Part shown: positions 49,853-62,146 of the stretch, one piece after another | Layout: every line of letters begins with the position of its first letter | Position numbering within the stretch: position 1 is the stretch's first letter | From: Burkholderiales bacterium | GTDB taxonomy: Bacteria; Pseudomonadota; Gammaproteobacteria; Burkholderiales; SG8-39 | NCBI GenBank assembly: GCA_041558415.1 | Contig: JBFFEY010000007.1 | Coordinates: 19,342 to 83,341 of the forward strand | Length of the DNA: 64,000 nucleotides | Reading direction: 5' to 3' | Notes under the pieces: generated by a model | Databases searched by the model: none | The model's input: the letters and a program-made list of their open reading frames with translations, nothing else | What the model was told of the DNA's origin: nothing | Translations under genes and position numbers: made by a program

Positions 49853-49856
<4 letters not shown>
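48756..49856 (-). CDS. gcvT: Glycine cleavage system T protein
   Basis: RTPLY..H, GLFDVSHMGQ, SRSGYTGEDG, ARDTLRLEAG; GTG start overlapping gcvP stop. Confidence 0.94.
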
Positions 49857-52726
<2,870 letters not shown>

Positions 52727-52739
52727 GCGACCCCCCCGG

Positions 52740-53123
52740 CTAGACGCCGGCCGAGGCGCGGTAGGCCTCGGCATCGAGCAGCGCATCGGCCGCGCCCGCA
52801 TCGGCGGGCTTCAAGCGGAACAGCCAGCCCTTGTCGTAGGGCCCCTCGTTCACCGTCTGCGGCTGGTCGCCGAGCGCGCCGTTCACCTCGACCACCTCAC
52901 CCGCCACCGGCGCGTAGACGTCGGAGGCGGCCTTGGTCGACTCCACCACGGCGCAGGCTTCGCCCGCATCGAGCTTGCGGCCGACCTCGGGCAGCTCGAC
53001 GTAGACCAGCTCGCCGAGCTGATCGGTGGCCACCGCCGTAATGCCGATCGTGAGCGTGCCGTCCGGCGCGCGCGCGATCCACTCGTGCGACGCGGTGTAT
53101 TTCAGCGGTTGCGGAATCTCCAT
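52740..53123 (-). CDS. gcvH: Glycine cleavage system H protein
   Basis: YTASHEW, VESTKAASD lipoyl-Lys motif, PY.KGW. Confidence 0.96.
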   Translation of the reverse strand: MEIPQPLKYTASHEWIARAPDGTLTIGITAVATDQLGELVYVELPEVGRKLDAGEACAVVESTKAASDVYAPVAGEVVEVNGALGDQPQTVNEGPYDKGWLFRLKPADAGAADALLDAEAYRASAGV

Positions 53124-53208
53124 GACGCTCCCTCGCTCCTGTCGATCCTGCGGAAGACCGGTGCGCGCGGGCGCGGCGAGCGCACGCGAGACGCGCCGGT
53201 CCCTCGTG

Positions 53209-53407
53209 CCCCCCTCTGTCCGTTTGCCTGAGAAATTGGCGCGCCGCGGATTCGCCCGCCTGCGCGCTTGTACCTTCGGCGAGGCGCCGCGCCTGCGGCG
53301 CCTGCGCCTTCTCTCCAGAGTGTCCTGCCGCGCGGGTCCTTTTGCCTGAGAGTTTGCGGGGCGCTTACTCCTTCGGCGCCGGCCTGGCCGGTCTCTCCCG
53401 CGCGCGG
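53209..53407 (-). ncRNA. Tandem glycine riboswitch
   Basis: Two aptamers each with GGAGAG...CCGAAGG...CTCAGGCAAA..GGAC (about 53328-53407 and 53212-53320) upstream of gcvH. Confidence 0.93.
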
Positions 53408-53422
53408 CCCATGGACGCAGCC

Positions 53423-53451
53423 AGACTAGTCGCCCGCTCCGGCGCTGTCAA
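53423..53451 (-). promoter_or_regulatory. Sigma70 promoter of riboswitch-gcvHPT
   Basis: TTGACA-N17-TAGTCT just upstream of the first aptamer. Confidence 0.7.
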
Positions 53452-53526
53452 ACGCACCGACGTTTTCTGCGAAAATCGAGGCTTCCCGCAACAGCTCCAC
53501 GTCCACCCGGAACCGCGATCCGTCTC

Positions 53527-54438
53527 ATGCCCAAGTCCCCCCCCGATTCCATCGACGCCACCCAGGCCCTGCTCGCGCAAGCCGACTACGTCGCCGAGCG
53601 CAGCCTCGCCACCGCGCTCTACCTCTCGCTCGCGATGAAGCGCCCGCTCTTCCTCGAAGGCGAGGCCGGCGTCGGCAAGACCGAGATCGCCAAGGTGGTC
53701 GCCAAGGTGCTCGACCGCGAGCTGCTGCGCCTGCAGTGTTACGAAGGCCTCGACATCGCGCAGGCGGCGTATGAGTGGAACTACTCGCGCCAGATGATCG
53801 AGATCCGCATGGCCGAGGCCGAGGGCGTGAAGTCGCGCGAGGGCCTCTCGCAGGACATCTTTTCCGAGCGCTTCCTGGTGCGCCGGCCGCTCCTGCGCGC
53901 GCTCGAGGGCATCGGCGCGCCGCCGGTGCTGCTGATCGACGAGCTCGACCGTACCGACGAGCCGTTCGAGGCCTATCTGCTCGAGGTGCTCTCAGACTGG
54001 CAGATCACGATTCCGGAACTCGGCACCATCCGCGCCGACGAGCCGCCGATCGTGGTGATCACCTCCAACCGCACGCGCGAGATTCACGACGCGGTGAAGC
54101 GCCGCTGTTTCTATCACTGGGTCGATTACCCGGACGCGGTGCGCGAGCTGGAGATCCTCAGGCGCAAGGCGCCCAAGGCGGCGGACAGCCTGTCGAAGGA
54201 GGTGGTCGGCTTCGTGCAGCGCCTGCGCGGCATGGATCTGTTCAAGCTGCCCGGCGTGGCCGAAACGATCGACTGGGCGAATTGCCTGGTGGCGCTCGAC
54301 CGCGTGGCACTCGACCCGGAAACCGTGAACAACACGCTGGGCGTTCTGCTCAAGTACCAGGACGACATCGAAAAAGTGGCTGGCGAAGAGGCGGCGCGCC
54401 TCGTCAACGAGGCGAAGAGCGCCGCGGCCGCGGCCTGA
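53527..54438 (+). CDS. coxD: MoxR-family AAA+ ATPase (CoxD-like)
   Basis: LEGEAGVGKT, LQCYEG, LLIDELDR, TSNRTRE. Confidence 0.9.
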   Translation: MPKSPPDSIDATQALLAQADYVAERSLATALYLSLAMKRPLFLEGEAGVGKTEIAKVVAKVLDRELLRLQCYEGLDIAQAAYEWNYSRQMIEIRMAEAEGVKSREGLSQDIFSERFLVRRPLLRALEGIGAPPVLLIDELDRTDEPFEAYLLEVLSDWQITIPELGTIRADEPPIVVITSNRTREIHDAVKRRCFYHWVDYPDAVRELEILRRKAPKAADSLSKEVVGFVQRLRGMDLFKLPGVAETIDWANCLVALDRVALDPETVNNTLGVLLKYQDDIEKVAGEEAARLVNEAKSAAAAA

Positions 54439-54445
54439 GGCGCGC

Positions 54446-55732
54446 GTGGAGACGCCGGCCTTCCTGCGGCGGCTGTTCGGTCGCGACGAACGCGGCAGCG
54501 CGAGTGTCGCGCTGACGCTGTGCCGCGCACTGCTCTCGGAGCGCGGCGAGGCCTCGGGCGCGACGCTGGCGCGCGAGGCGGTGCGCGCCATCGAGGCGCT
54601 CGACGACGCGCAGCGCGCGCGCTTCTTCGACGCGCTGGCAAGCGAGTTCTCGCCCTCCCCGACGGCGGTGGCGCGCGCGGCGCAGGCCTACCAAGCCGAG
54701 CCCGGACCGCGCACGCTGGCGCGGCTGCAGCGCATCGTCGAGCCGGTGCGCCAGGAACTGTTCCGTCGCCTCAACATGGCGCCGGGCGGCACCGCGGCGC
54801 TGGTCGCAATGCGCACGCGGCTGCTCGAAAACCTCGGTGCGCATCCGCAGTGGCGCGCGGTCGACGACGACCTGCTGCACCTGTTCCGCAGCTGGTTCAA
54901 CCGCGGCTTCCTGCGGCTCGAGCGCATCGACTGGCGCACGCCGGCGAACGTCCTCGAGAAGCTGATCGAGTACGAGGCGGTGCATGCGCTCCGCGGCTGG
55001 GACGACCTGCGGCGGCGCCTGCAGGCCGACCGGCGCTGCTTCGCCTTCTTCCACCCCGCGCTGCCGGAGGAACCGCTGATCTTCATCGAGGTCGCGCTGA
55101 CCCGCGCGCTGCCGGCGGACATCGAGCCGCTGCTCGCGCTCGCGGCACCGGTGGAGAACCCGGAGCTCGCCACGCACGCGATCTTCTATTCGATCACCAA
55201 CTGCCAGGACGGGCTGCGCGGCATCTCGTTCGGCTATTTCCTCATCAAGCAGGTCGCCGAGGACCTGCGCGCGCAGCTGCCCAAGTTGAAGACCTTCGCC
55301 ACGCTGTCCCCCGTGCCCGGCTTCGCCGCCTGGCTGAGCGGGCTGCGCAAGCGCGGCGCGCTCGAGCTGCCCGAGCTCGTTGCGCCCGACTGGCCACAGC
55401 GCGGCGATGAGGAGGCGCTGACCAAGCCGCTGTCGCAGGCCTGCGCCTACTACCTGCTGCACGCGCGTCGCGGCGAGGAACCGCTCGACCCGGTGGCGCG
55501 CTTTCACCTTGGCAACGGCGCCATACTCGAGCGCGTCAACGTGCTCGCCGACCGCTCGAAGGCGGGCCTGGGTCGCAGCGCGGGCATGATGGTGAATTAC
55601 GTCTACCGTCTGGAAGACGTGGAGAAGAACCACGAAGCCTACGTCAAGGCGCATCGCGTGATCGCCTCGCGCGCCGTGGAGAAGCTGGCGCGCGAATGCC
55701 CCCTGGCGCCGAGCGAGGCGGGCGCCCGCTGA
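54446..55732 (+). CDS. Malonyl-CoA decarboxylase
   Basis: SWFNRGFL, YEAVH, FYSI.NCQ.GLRGISFG, TLSPVPGF, DPVARFHLGNGA, GMMVNY. Confidence 0.92.
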   Translation: METPAFLRRLFGRDERGSASVALTLCRALLSERGEASGATLAREAVRAIEALDDAQRARFFDALASEFSPSPTAVARAAQAYQAEPGPRTLARLQRIVEPVRQELFRRLNMAPGGTAALVAMRTRLLENLGAHPQWRAVDDDLLHLFRSWFNRGFLRLERIDWRTPANVLEKLIEYEAVHALRGWDDLRRRLQADRRCFAFFHPALPEEPLIFIEVALTRALPADIEPLLALAAPVENPELATHAIFYSITNCQDGLRGISFGYFLIKQVAEDLRAQLPKLKTFATLSPVPGFAAWLSGLRKRGALELPELVAPDWPQRGDEEALTKPLSQACAYYLLHARRGEEPLDPVARFHLGNGAILERVNVLADRSKAGLGRSAGMMVNYVYRLEDVEKNHEAYVKAHRVIASRAVEKLARECPLAPSEAGAR

Positions 55733-56946
55733 TGTTCCCGGCGCTCGATCCCGCCGGCCCGGGCGGCCGGCTCGCCGAAAACGTCATGCACTTCGCGCGG
55801 CTGCTGCGCGCAGCCGGCATGCGCGTGGGACCGGACCGCGTAATCGACTGCGTGCGCGCGCTCGAGATCGCCGGCAGCGAGCGGCGCGAGGACTGGTACT
55901 GGACAATGTCCGCGGTGCTGCTGTCGCGCGAGGAGCAGCGCCCGATCTTCGATCAGGCCTTCCGCCTGTTCTGGCGCGATCCCAAGCTGGTCGAGAAGAT
56001 GATGCAGCTGCTGCTGCCCAAGGTCTACGGCCGCAGCGCCAAGCCCGAGGACCAGCAGAGCCAGCGCCTGACCGACGCCCTGTTCAATCAGAAGCAGCAG
56101 GAGGCGCGCAGCCAAGAGGAGCAGAAAATCGAGCTCGATGCGCGCCTCACGTTCTCGACGCGCGAGGTGCTGCAGCGCATGGACTTCGACACCATGTCGG
56201 CGGCCGAGCTCGCCGAGGCGAAGAAGGCCATCGCCGAGCTGCGCCTGCCGCTGCCGATGATCCGCACCCGCCGCTACGCGGCGCATCCGCGCGGCCGGCG
56301 CATCGACCTGCGTGCGACGCTGCGCGCCACGCTGCGCGGGGGCGGCGATGTCATTCCGCTGGTACGTGCCGCGCCGCGCGAGCTGCACCCCCCGCTCGTC
56401 GTGCTGTGCGACATCTCCGGCTCGATGAACCCCTACGCGCGGATGTTCCTGCACTTCTTGCATGCCATCACCAACGATCGCGACCGCGTCAGCGTGTTCG
56501 TGTTCGGCACCCGCCTCACCAACATCACGCGCCAGCTGCGCCATCGCGACGTCGACGTCGCCATGGCGCGCGTGGCCGACGCGATCAAGGACTGGTCCGG
56601 CGGCACGCGCATCGGCGCCTGCCTGCGCGAGTTCAACTGGCGTTGGTCGCGTCGCGTGCTGGGGCAGAACGCCTGCGTGCTGCTGGTCTCGGACGGCCTC
56701 GATCGCGAGGCCGGCGAGGGCCTGGGAGAGGAAGTGGATCGCCTGGCGAAATCCTGCCGCTACCTGGTGTGGCTCAATCCGCTGCTGCGCTACGAGAAGT
56801 TCGAGGCCCGCCCGGCCGGCGTGCGCGCCATCCTGCCGCACGTCGACCTGTTTCTCCCGGTGCATAATCTGAAGAGCCTGATCGAGCTGGCCCACACCCT
56901 GTCGGGCCCGATGCTGAGAAAGCAGGAGCAACGCGCATGGAAATGA
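55732..56946 (+). CDS. coxE: VWA domain protein (CoxE-like)
   Basis: DISGSM MIDAS, FGTRLT, WSGGTRIG, SDGLD, WLNPL; TGATG overlap. Confidence 0.9.
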   Translation: MFPALDPAGPGGRLAENVMHFARLLRAAGMRVGPDRVIDCVRALEIAGSERREDWYWTMSAVLLSREEQRPIFDQAFRLFWRDPKLVEKMMQLLLPKVYGRSAKPEDQQSQRLTDALFNQKQQEARSQEEQKIELDARLTFSTREVLQRMDFDTMSAAELAEAKKAIAELRLPLPMIRTRRYAAHPRGRRIDLRATLRATLRGGGDVIPLVRAAPRELHPPLVVLCDISGSMNPYARMFLHFLHAITNDRDRVSVFVFGTRLTNITRQLRHRDVDVAMARVADAIKDWSGGTRIGACLREFNWRWSRRVLGQNACVLLVSDGLDREAGEGLGEEVDRLAKSCRYLVWLNPLLRYEKFEARPAGVRAILPHVDLFLPVHNLKSLIELAHTLSGPMLRKQEQRAWK

Positions 56947-57557
56947 ACGGCGAGCAGCGCATTCCCGCCACCCAGCAGCAGACCTGGGAGGCGCTGAACG
57001 ACCCCGAGGTGCTCAAGGCCTGCGTGCCGGGCTGCGAGTCGATCGAAAAGCTGTCGGACACCGAATTCCAGGTGCTGATGATGGCGCGCGTCGGCCCGGT
57101 GAGCGCCAAGTTCAAGGGCAAGCTGACGCTCTCGGATCTCGAGCCGCCGAAGGCCTACGCGATCGCCTTCGAGGGCCAGGGCGGTGTGGCCGGCTTCGGC
57201 AAGGGCGGCGCCAAGGTGCGCCTCGAAGCCGAGGGCGACGAGACCGTGCTGCGCTACGACGTCAAGGCGAGCGTCGGCGGCAAGCTCGCCCAGATCGGCT
57301 CGCGCCTGGTCGATGCCGCGGCAAAGAAGATCGCGAACGAGTTTTTCACCGCGTTCAACGCGCACATGGCCGCACAGGGCGGCGGCGCGCAGGGGCACGG
57401 CGGCGGCGGCGAAACGCACGCGGCGGGTGAAGCACACCACCCCGAACCCGTGCCGCGCGACCGGGACCTGCCGAGCATCAGCGACTCGAGCGCCGCGTTC
57501 TTCGCGGCCGGCGCCCTCGTCGTGTTCGCCGTCACGATGGCGACGCTGTTCGGCTGA
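56937..57557 (+). CDS. coxG: CoxG/SRPBCC family protein with C-terminal TM anchor
   Basis: W..LNDPEVL..CVPGCE, VGGKLAQIGSRLVD; Gly/His linker then hydrophobic tail. Confidence 0.9.
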   Translation: MEMNGEQRIPATQQQTWEALNDPEVLKACVPGCESIEKLSDTEFQVLMMARVGPVSAKFKGKLTLSDLEPPKAYAIAFEGQGGVAGFGKGGAKVRLEAEGDETVLRYDVKASVGGKLAQIGSRLVDAAAKKIANEFFTAFNAHMAAQGGGAQGHGGGGETHAAGEAHHPEPVPRDRDLPSISDSSAAFFAAGALVVFAVTMATLFG

Positions 57558-58267
57558 TGGCCGAGCTGCTGTACCGCGACGACCCTTACCTGAAGCACTG
57601 CGAAGCGACGATCGTCTCGGCGCAGGACGGCGCGCTCGAGCTCGACCGTACGGTGTTCTATCCCATGGGCGGCGGCCAGCCGGGCGACCGCGGTCAGCTG
57701 CGGCTCGCCGACGGCCGTGTCGTGCAGATCGTCGACACGCGGCGTGGCGATGCCCCCGACCAGGTGCTGCACCTGCTGGCGCCGGGCGAGGCGCCGCCGG
57801 CGCCGGGCACGCCGCTGCGCGCCGAGCTCGACTGGACGCGGCGCCATCGCCACATGCGTTTTCACACCGCGCTGCATCTGCTGTGCGCCGTGGTACGCGC
57901 GCCGGTGACCGGCGGCCGCATCGCCGAGGACAAGGCGCACCTCGACTTCGACGTCGACATGGAGAAGCTCGTCAAGGCCGAGATCGAGGCCGGCCTGAAC
58001 GCGCTCGTGCAGGCGGGGCATCGCACGCGCTCGCGGTGGGTGAGCGACGCCGAGCTGGACGCACGACCCGAGCTCGTCAAGACCATGTCGGTGGCGCCGC
58101 CGCGCGGCGAAGGGCGCGTACGGCTGCTCGAGATTCCCGGCGTCGACCTGCAGGCCTGCGGCGGCACGCACGTCGCCGATACGCGAGAGATCGGCGCCCT
58201 GGCCGTCGCCCGCATCCGCTCCGAGGGTCGACGCAACCGCCGCGTCACCCTCGCCTTTGGGGAATAA
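57557..58267 (+). CDS. Alanyl-tRNA editing protein (AlaX-M type)
   Basis: TVFYPMGGGQPGD, HTALH, CGGTH. Confidence 0.92.
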   Translation: MAELLYRDDPYLKHCEATIVSAQDGALELDRTVFYPMGGGQPGDRGQLRLADGRVVQIVDTRRGDAPDQVLHLLAPGEAPPAPGTPLRAELDWTRRHRHMRFHTALHLLCAVVRAPVTGGRIAEDKAHLDFDVDMEKLVKAEIEAGLNALVQAGHRTRSRWVSDAELDARPELVKTMSVAPPRGEGRVRLLEIPGVDLQACGGTHVADTREIGALAVARIRSEGRRNRRVTLAFGE

Positions 58268-58418
58268 GTCACAGCCGGGCATGCCGACCGTCGGGCGGCG
58301 CGCGCCGCTTGTCCCGCGGTCCCGCCAAGCGGTCGTTTTTCCTCCCTGACCTTCTTTGACGCCCTCTAGCATGGGGTATCCTGTCAACAAGAGCGTTCAT
58401 GCGATGGGGGCCTTACCA

Positions 58419-59036
58419 ATGGCGGAGGCCGTGATGCAGCAGGAAATTCGGGCCGAGCGTCAACTCGCCGTAATTCTGTTCGCGCAGCTGCGCAACTTCG
58501 AGCAGATTGCCGACATGCTCGAACCCGACGTCGTCATGAGCTTGGTGAACGAGTATCTGGCGCTGCTCGGCGAGACCGCGGCACAGGCGAGCGGCGAGAC
58601 GCTCGGCGTGAAGAACGACACGGTGCTGATCGCGTTTCGTGGTGCGCCGGCCATGCAGACTGCGCAGAGGGCGGCACAGACCGCGCTCTCGCTGCAGGTC
58701 GCGCTCACCGGCCTCGCTGAGCGCTGGAAGAACGATTACGGCGTACAGACCGCCACCGCGATGGGCCTGCACCTGGGCGAGGCGGTGTTCGGCGAAAGCG
58801 GCGCCGGGGGTGGCACGCGCCTGCTCGGCGCCTTCGGCGACACGGTGAGCATCGCCGAACGGCTCGCACGGCGCTCACGCGCCGGCGAATTCGTGCTGTC
58901 GGATGCGGTGATGGCCGCGCTGTCGGTCTCGAATCTGCCGCTCAACGCGACACCGCTGCCGGCCATCGAGATGCCACGCCGCCAGCCGGTGCGCATCTTC
59001 GGCGTGCTGCTCGATAACCGCCTCGACTTTACGTAA
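58419..59036 (+). CDS. Stand-alone class III adenylate/guanylate cyclase-fold protein with degenerate catalytic residues
   Basis: ILFAQLRNF, MGLHLGEA, FGDTVSIAERL; start at 58419 or 58434. Confidence 0.78.
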   Translation: MAEAVMQQEIRAERQLAVILFAQLRNFEQIADMLEPDVVMSLVNEYLALLGETAAQASGETLGVKNDTVLIAFRGAPAMQTAQRAAQTALSLQVALTGLAERWKNDYGVQTATAMGLHLGEAVFGESGAGGGTRLLGAFGDTVSIAERLARRSRAGEFVLSDAVMAALSVSNLPLNATPLPAIEMPRRQPVRIFGVLLDNRLDFT

Positions 59037-59045
59037 GAGGCGAGC

Positions 59046-60413
59046 TCAAGCGCCGGCGATCGTCATCCGGTCGACGAGGATCGAGCCCGAGCGCCGCGTG
59101 CCGCGCACCACGGTGTCGCCGCCCACCGCAACGATGCCGCGGAACATGTCGCGCAGGTTGCCGGCGATGGTGATCTCCTCGACCGGATAGCGGATCCGGC
59201 CGCCCTCGACCCAGTAGCCCGCCGCCCCGCGCGAGTAGTCGCCGGTCACCAGGTTGACGCCGTGACCGAGCAGTTCGGTCACCAGCAGACCGCGGTCGAG
59301 CGCCGCCAGCATGTCGACGAAATCAGGGGCAGGCGAGGTCTCGCCCATGCGGATCTCGAGATTGTGGTTGCCACCCGCGCTGCCGGTGCTGCTCAGGCCG
59401 AGCTTGCGCGCCGAATAGCAGCCGAGGAAATAGCCCTGCAGAACGCCGTCGCGCACCACTTCGCGGGTGCGCGTCGCGACGCCTTCGTCGTCGAACGGCG
59501 TGCTGGCGAGCCCCTGCGGCTCGTGCGGCCGCTCCTCGATGGTGACGCCAGGCGCGAAGATGCGCTGGCCCAGGCTGTCGACGAGGAAAGAGGCCTTGCG
59601 GTAAAGGCTGCCGCCGCTCGCCGCCGAGACAAAGCCGCCGAGCAGCTGTGTGGCGACCGGCGCCTCGAACAGCACCGGCGCCTGGCAGGTCGCGATCTTG
59701 CGCGCGCCGAGCCGCGCCAGCGCGCGTTCGCCGGCGTAGCGGCCCAGCGCTTCGGCGTCGGCCAACCGCTCGGGCACGCGATTCGTGCTCATCCAGTCGT
59801 CGCGCTGCATCAGGCCGCGGTGCTCGGCGATGACCGAGCACCACAGGGTGTGACGCGAGCTGGGAAAGCCGGCGGCAAAGCCCAGGCTGTTGGCGAACAG
59901 GAACTGCGCGTCGTGCGTCGAGACCGTGGCGCCCTCGGATTTCCTCAGCTTGCGCGACAGCGCCAACGCCGCCTGCTCGCAGCGCCGCGCGATCTCGATC
60001 GCCTGTGCCGCGTCCAGCCGCCAGGGATGGTGCAGATCGAGGTCCGGAAAAGCACGCGCCAGCAGCTCGGGTTCCGGCAGTCCGGCGCAATCGTCTTCTG
60101 CGGTGCGCTGCGCGATCGCCACGGCAGCCTCCACGGTGCGCGCGATCGCGGCCGGCGAGAAATCGGACGTGCTCGCATGGCCGCGCCGCACCCGCGGCTG
60201 CTCGCCGAAATACACGCTCACGCCGAGCCCCTTGTCCCGCGTGTGCTCGATCGTGTCGACCTCGCCCATGCGCACGGTCACCGACAGTCCGTGCGCTTCC
60301 GAGATGTCGCATTCGCAGCCCGATGCGCCGAGCCGTTTCGCCTGCGCGAGCACGTCCATGGCGCGGCTGCGCAGCTGTTCCTGCGTGTAGCTGAACTGCG
60401 GAGCTTTCGACAT
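59046..60413 (-). CDS. pmbA: Metalloprotease PmbA (TldE)
   Basis: STSDFS, SGGSLYRKASF, FDDEG, GVNLVTGDYSRG, EEITIAGNL; divergent yjgA. Confidence 0.94.
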   Translation of the reverse strand: MSKAPQFSYTQEQLRSRAMDVLAQAKRLGASGCECDISEAHGLSVTVRMGEVDTIEHTRDKGLGVSVYFGEQPRVRRGHASTSDFSPAAIARTVEAAVAIAQRTAEDDCAGLPEPELLARAFPDLDLHHPWRLDAAQAIEIARRCEQAALALSRKLRKSEGATVSTHDAQFLFANSLGFAAGFPSSRHTLWCSVIAEHRGLMQRDDWMSTNRVPERLADAEALGRYAGERALARLGARKIATCQAPVLFEAPVATQLLGGFVSAASGGSLYRKASFLVDSLGQRIFAPGVTIEERPHEPQGLASTPFDDEGVATRTREVVRDGVLQGYFLGCYSARKLGLSSTGSAGGNHNLEIRMGETSPAPDFVDMLAALDRGLLVTELLGHGVNLVTGDYSRGAAGYWVEGGRIRYPVEEITIAGNLRDMFRGIVAVGGDTVVRGTRRSGSILVDRMTIAGA

Positions 60414-60435
60414 GGCGCGCTATGATAACAGCGCG

Positions 60436-60918
60436 ATGCAGGACGAAATCGTCAGCAAGACGCAGCAGAAGCGGGCGATGCACGAACTGCAGACGCTCGG
60501 CGTCGCGCTGGTCGAACTTTCCGACGCGCAGCTCGCATCGCTGAAGCTGCCCGAAGCGCTCGCCACCGCGGTCACCGCAGCGCGCGGCATGAAGCAGCAC
60601 GGCGCCAGGCGGCGCCAGCTGCAGCTGATCGGCAAGCTGATGCGCGGCGTCGATCCGGAGCCGATCCGCGAGCAGCTCGCGGCGCTGCGCGGACAGTCGG
60701 CGCAGGCGGCCGCGCATCAGCGCCGCCTCGAAGACTGGCGCACACGGCTGCTGGAGGACGACGACGCGCTGACCGCATTCGCGCAGGAACACCCCGGCGC
60801 CGACCTTCAGGCACTGCGCACGGCGATCCGCAACGCGCGCAAGGAGCAGGCGGGCGCGAAACCGCCGCGCGCCTTCCGCGAGCTGTTTCGCCTGCTGCGC
60901 GCGGCGACCTCGGCCTAG
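60436..60918 (+). CDS. yjgA: Ribosome-associated protein YjgA (DUF615)
   Basis: SKTQ.KR.M..LQ.LG, RRQLQLIGKLMR, IRNARKE, RELF. Confidence 0.92.
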   Translation: MQDEIVSKTQQKRAMHELQTLGVALVELSDAQLASLKLPEALATAVTAARGMKQHGARRRQLQLIGKLMRGVDPEPIREQLAALRGQSAQAAAHQRRLEDWRTRLLEDDDALTAFAQEHPGADLQALRTAIRNARKEQAGAKPPRAFRELFRLLRAATSA

Positions 60919-60919
60919 A

Positions 60920-62122
60920 TCAGCTCACGGCACGGATGCGGCCGGCCCAGGCAACCGCCATCAGGGTAAAGACGACGGCGAGCGCGCCGACCCAGCCGTA
61001 GCGCGTCAGCTCGCCGCCGGGACCGTGGCCGATAATCACGCCGGCGCTGAGCGCGGCGCAGCCGGCCGTCGCCTGCTGCACCGCGCCCGACAGACTGAGA
61101 AAGCTGCCGCGCAGGCCGGGCGCGGCCGCCGCGTTGACCATCGCCATGGTCGGCACCAGCCGACCGGAGATCAGGCTCATGAAGAGCATGCCGACCAGAA
61201 TCGCCGTCCACAGGGGCACCGGCGGCAGCTGCGTCATGGCGACGATCGGCAACAAGGAAGCGAGCGCGACGCCGCGGTACACGCGCAGCTTGCCGCGCAG
61301 GTCGACCTGCCGGCCGAGCCAGCACGAGGTGAAGAACGTGGTCACGCCGCCAACCAGGTACATCAGCGGGATCTGCGTTTCGACGATGCCGACGTTGCGC
61401 ACCATGTAGGGCGCGATGTAGGGCACGATGGAAAAGCTCGCAAAGGTGGTCAGCGCCACGAGAAGGAAGGCGCGCCGGTGGTTGCCCTCGGCGAGCACGC
61501 GCCCATAGGTCGCGAAGATGCGCTCCGCGCGCCGCGCCTCGAGGTGCGCGTGCACCGGGGGCAGCAGGCGTGCGGCGAGCGCGGCGAGCGCCAGCGCGGC
61601 GAGCGCGAGCAGCGCGAACGGCAGCCGCCAGCTCGCGGCGCTCGCCAGCAGCAGACCGATCGGCACGCCCACCACCGACGCCACCGCGAAGGCCGACATG
61701 ATGATGCCGGTGGCCCGCCCGCGCCGCGCGTCGGGAACCATGTCGCCGAGGAAGGCGTGCACCTGCATCCCCAGCACGCCGCCGAACGCGCCGGCGCCGG
61801 CATGCGCAGCGATGAGCGCGGCGAAGCTCGGCGCCGCGGCAGTCGCGGCGAGCGCGACGACGAAGCCGACGAGCAGTCCGAGCAGCAGCGTGCGGCGGTC
61901 AAACCGGTCGGCGAATGCGCTGGCGGCCACGCCTGACGCTGCCGCGGCGAACATATACACTGAAACCAGAATCCCGAAATCGCGCGGCGTCAGGGCGAAC
62001 AGGCGCATGAGCTGGGGGCCGAGCGGCATCATCAGCACGAAATCGAGGATGTGCATGAACTGGATGCCCGCCAGCACCCAAACCACCTGCCGCTCGCGAT
62101 CGGCGCTGAGCGGCGTCGTCAT
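60920..62122 (-). CDS. MFS transporter
   Basis: QFMHILDFVLMMPLGP, ADRFDRR, about 12 TM. Confidence 0.9.
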   Translation of the reverse strand: MTTPLSADRERQVVWVLAGIQFMHILDFVLMMPLGPQLMRLFALTPRDFGILVSVYMFAAAASGVAASAFADRFDRRTLLLGLLVGFVVALAATAAAPSFAALIAAHAGAGAFGGVLGMQVHAFLGDMVPDARRGRATGIIMSAFAVASVVGVPIGLLLASAASWRLPFALLALAALALAALAARLLPPVHAHLEARRAERIFATYGRVLAEGNHRRAFLLVALTTFASFSIVPYIAPYMVRNVGIVETQIPLMYLVGGVTTFFTSCWLGRQVDLRGKLRVYRGVALASLLPIVAMTQLPPVPLWTAILVGMLFMSLISGRLVPTMAMVNAAAAPGLRGSFLSLSGAVQQATAGCAALSAGVIIGHGPGGELTRYGWVGALAVVFTLMAVAWAGRIRAVS

Positions 62123-62146
62123 TTGAAAGTCGTGCAAGGAGCCGTC

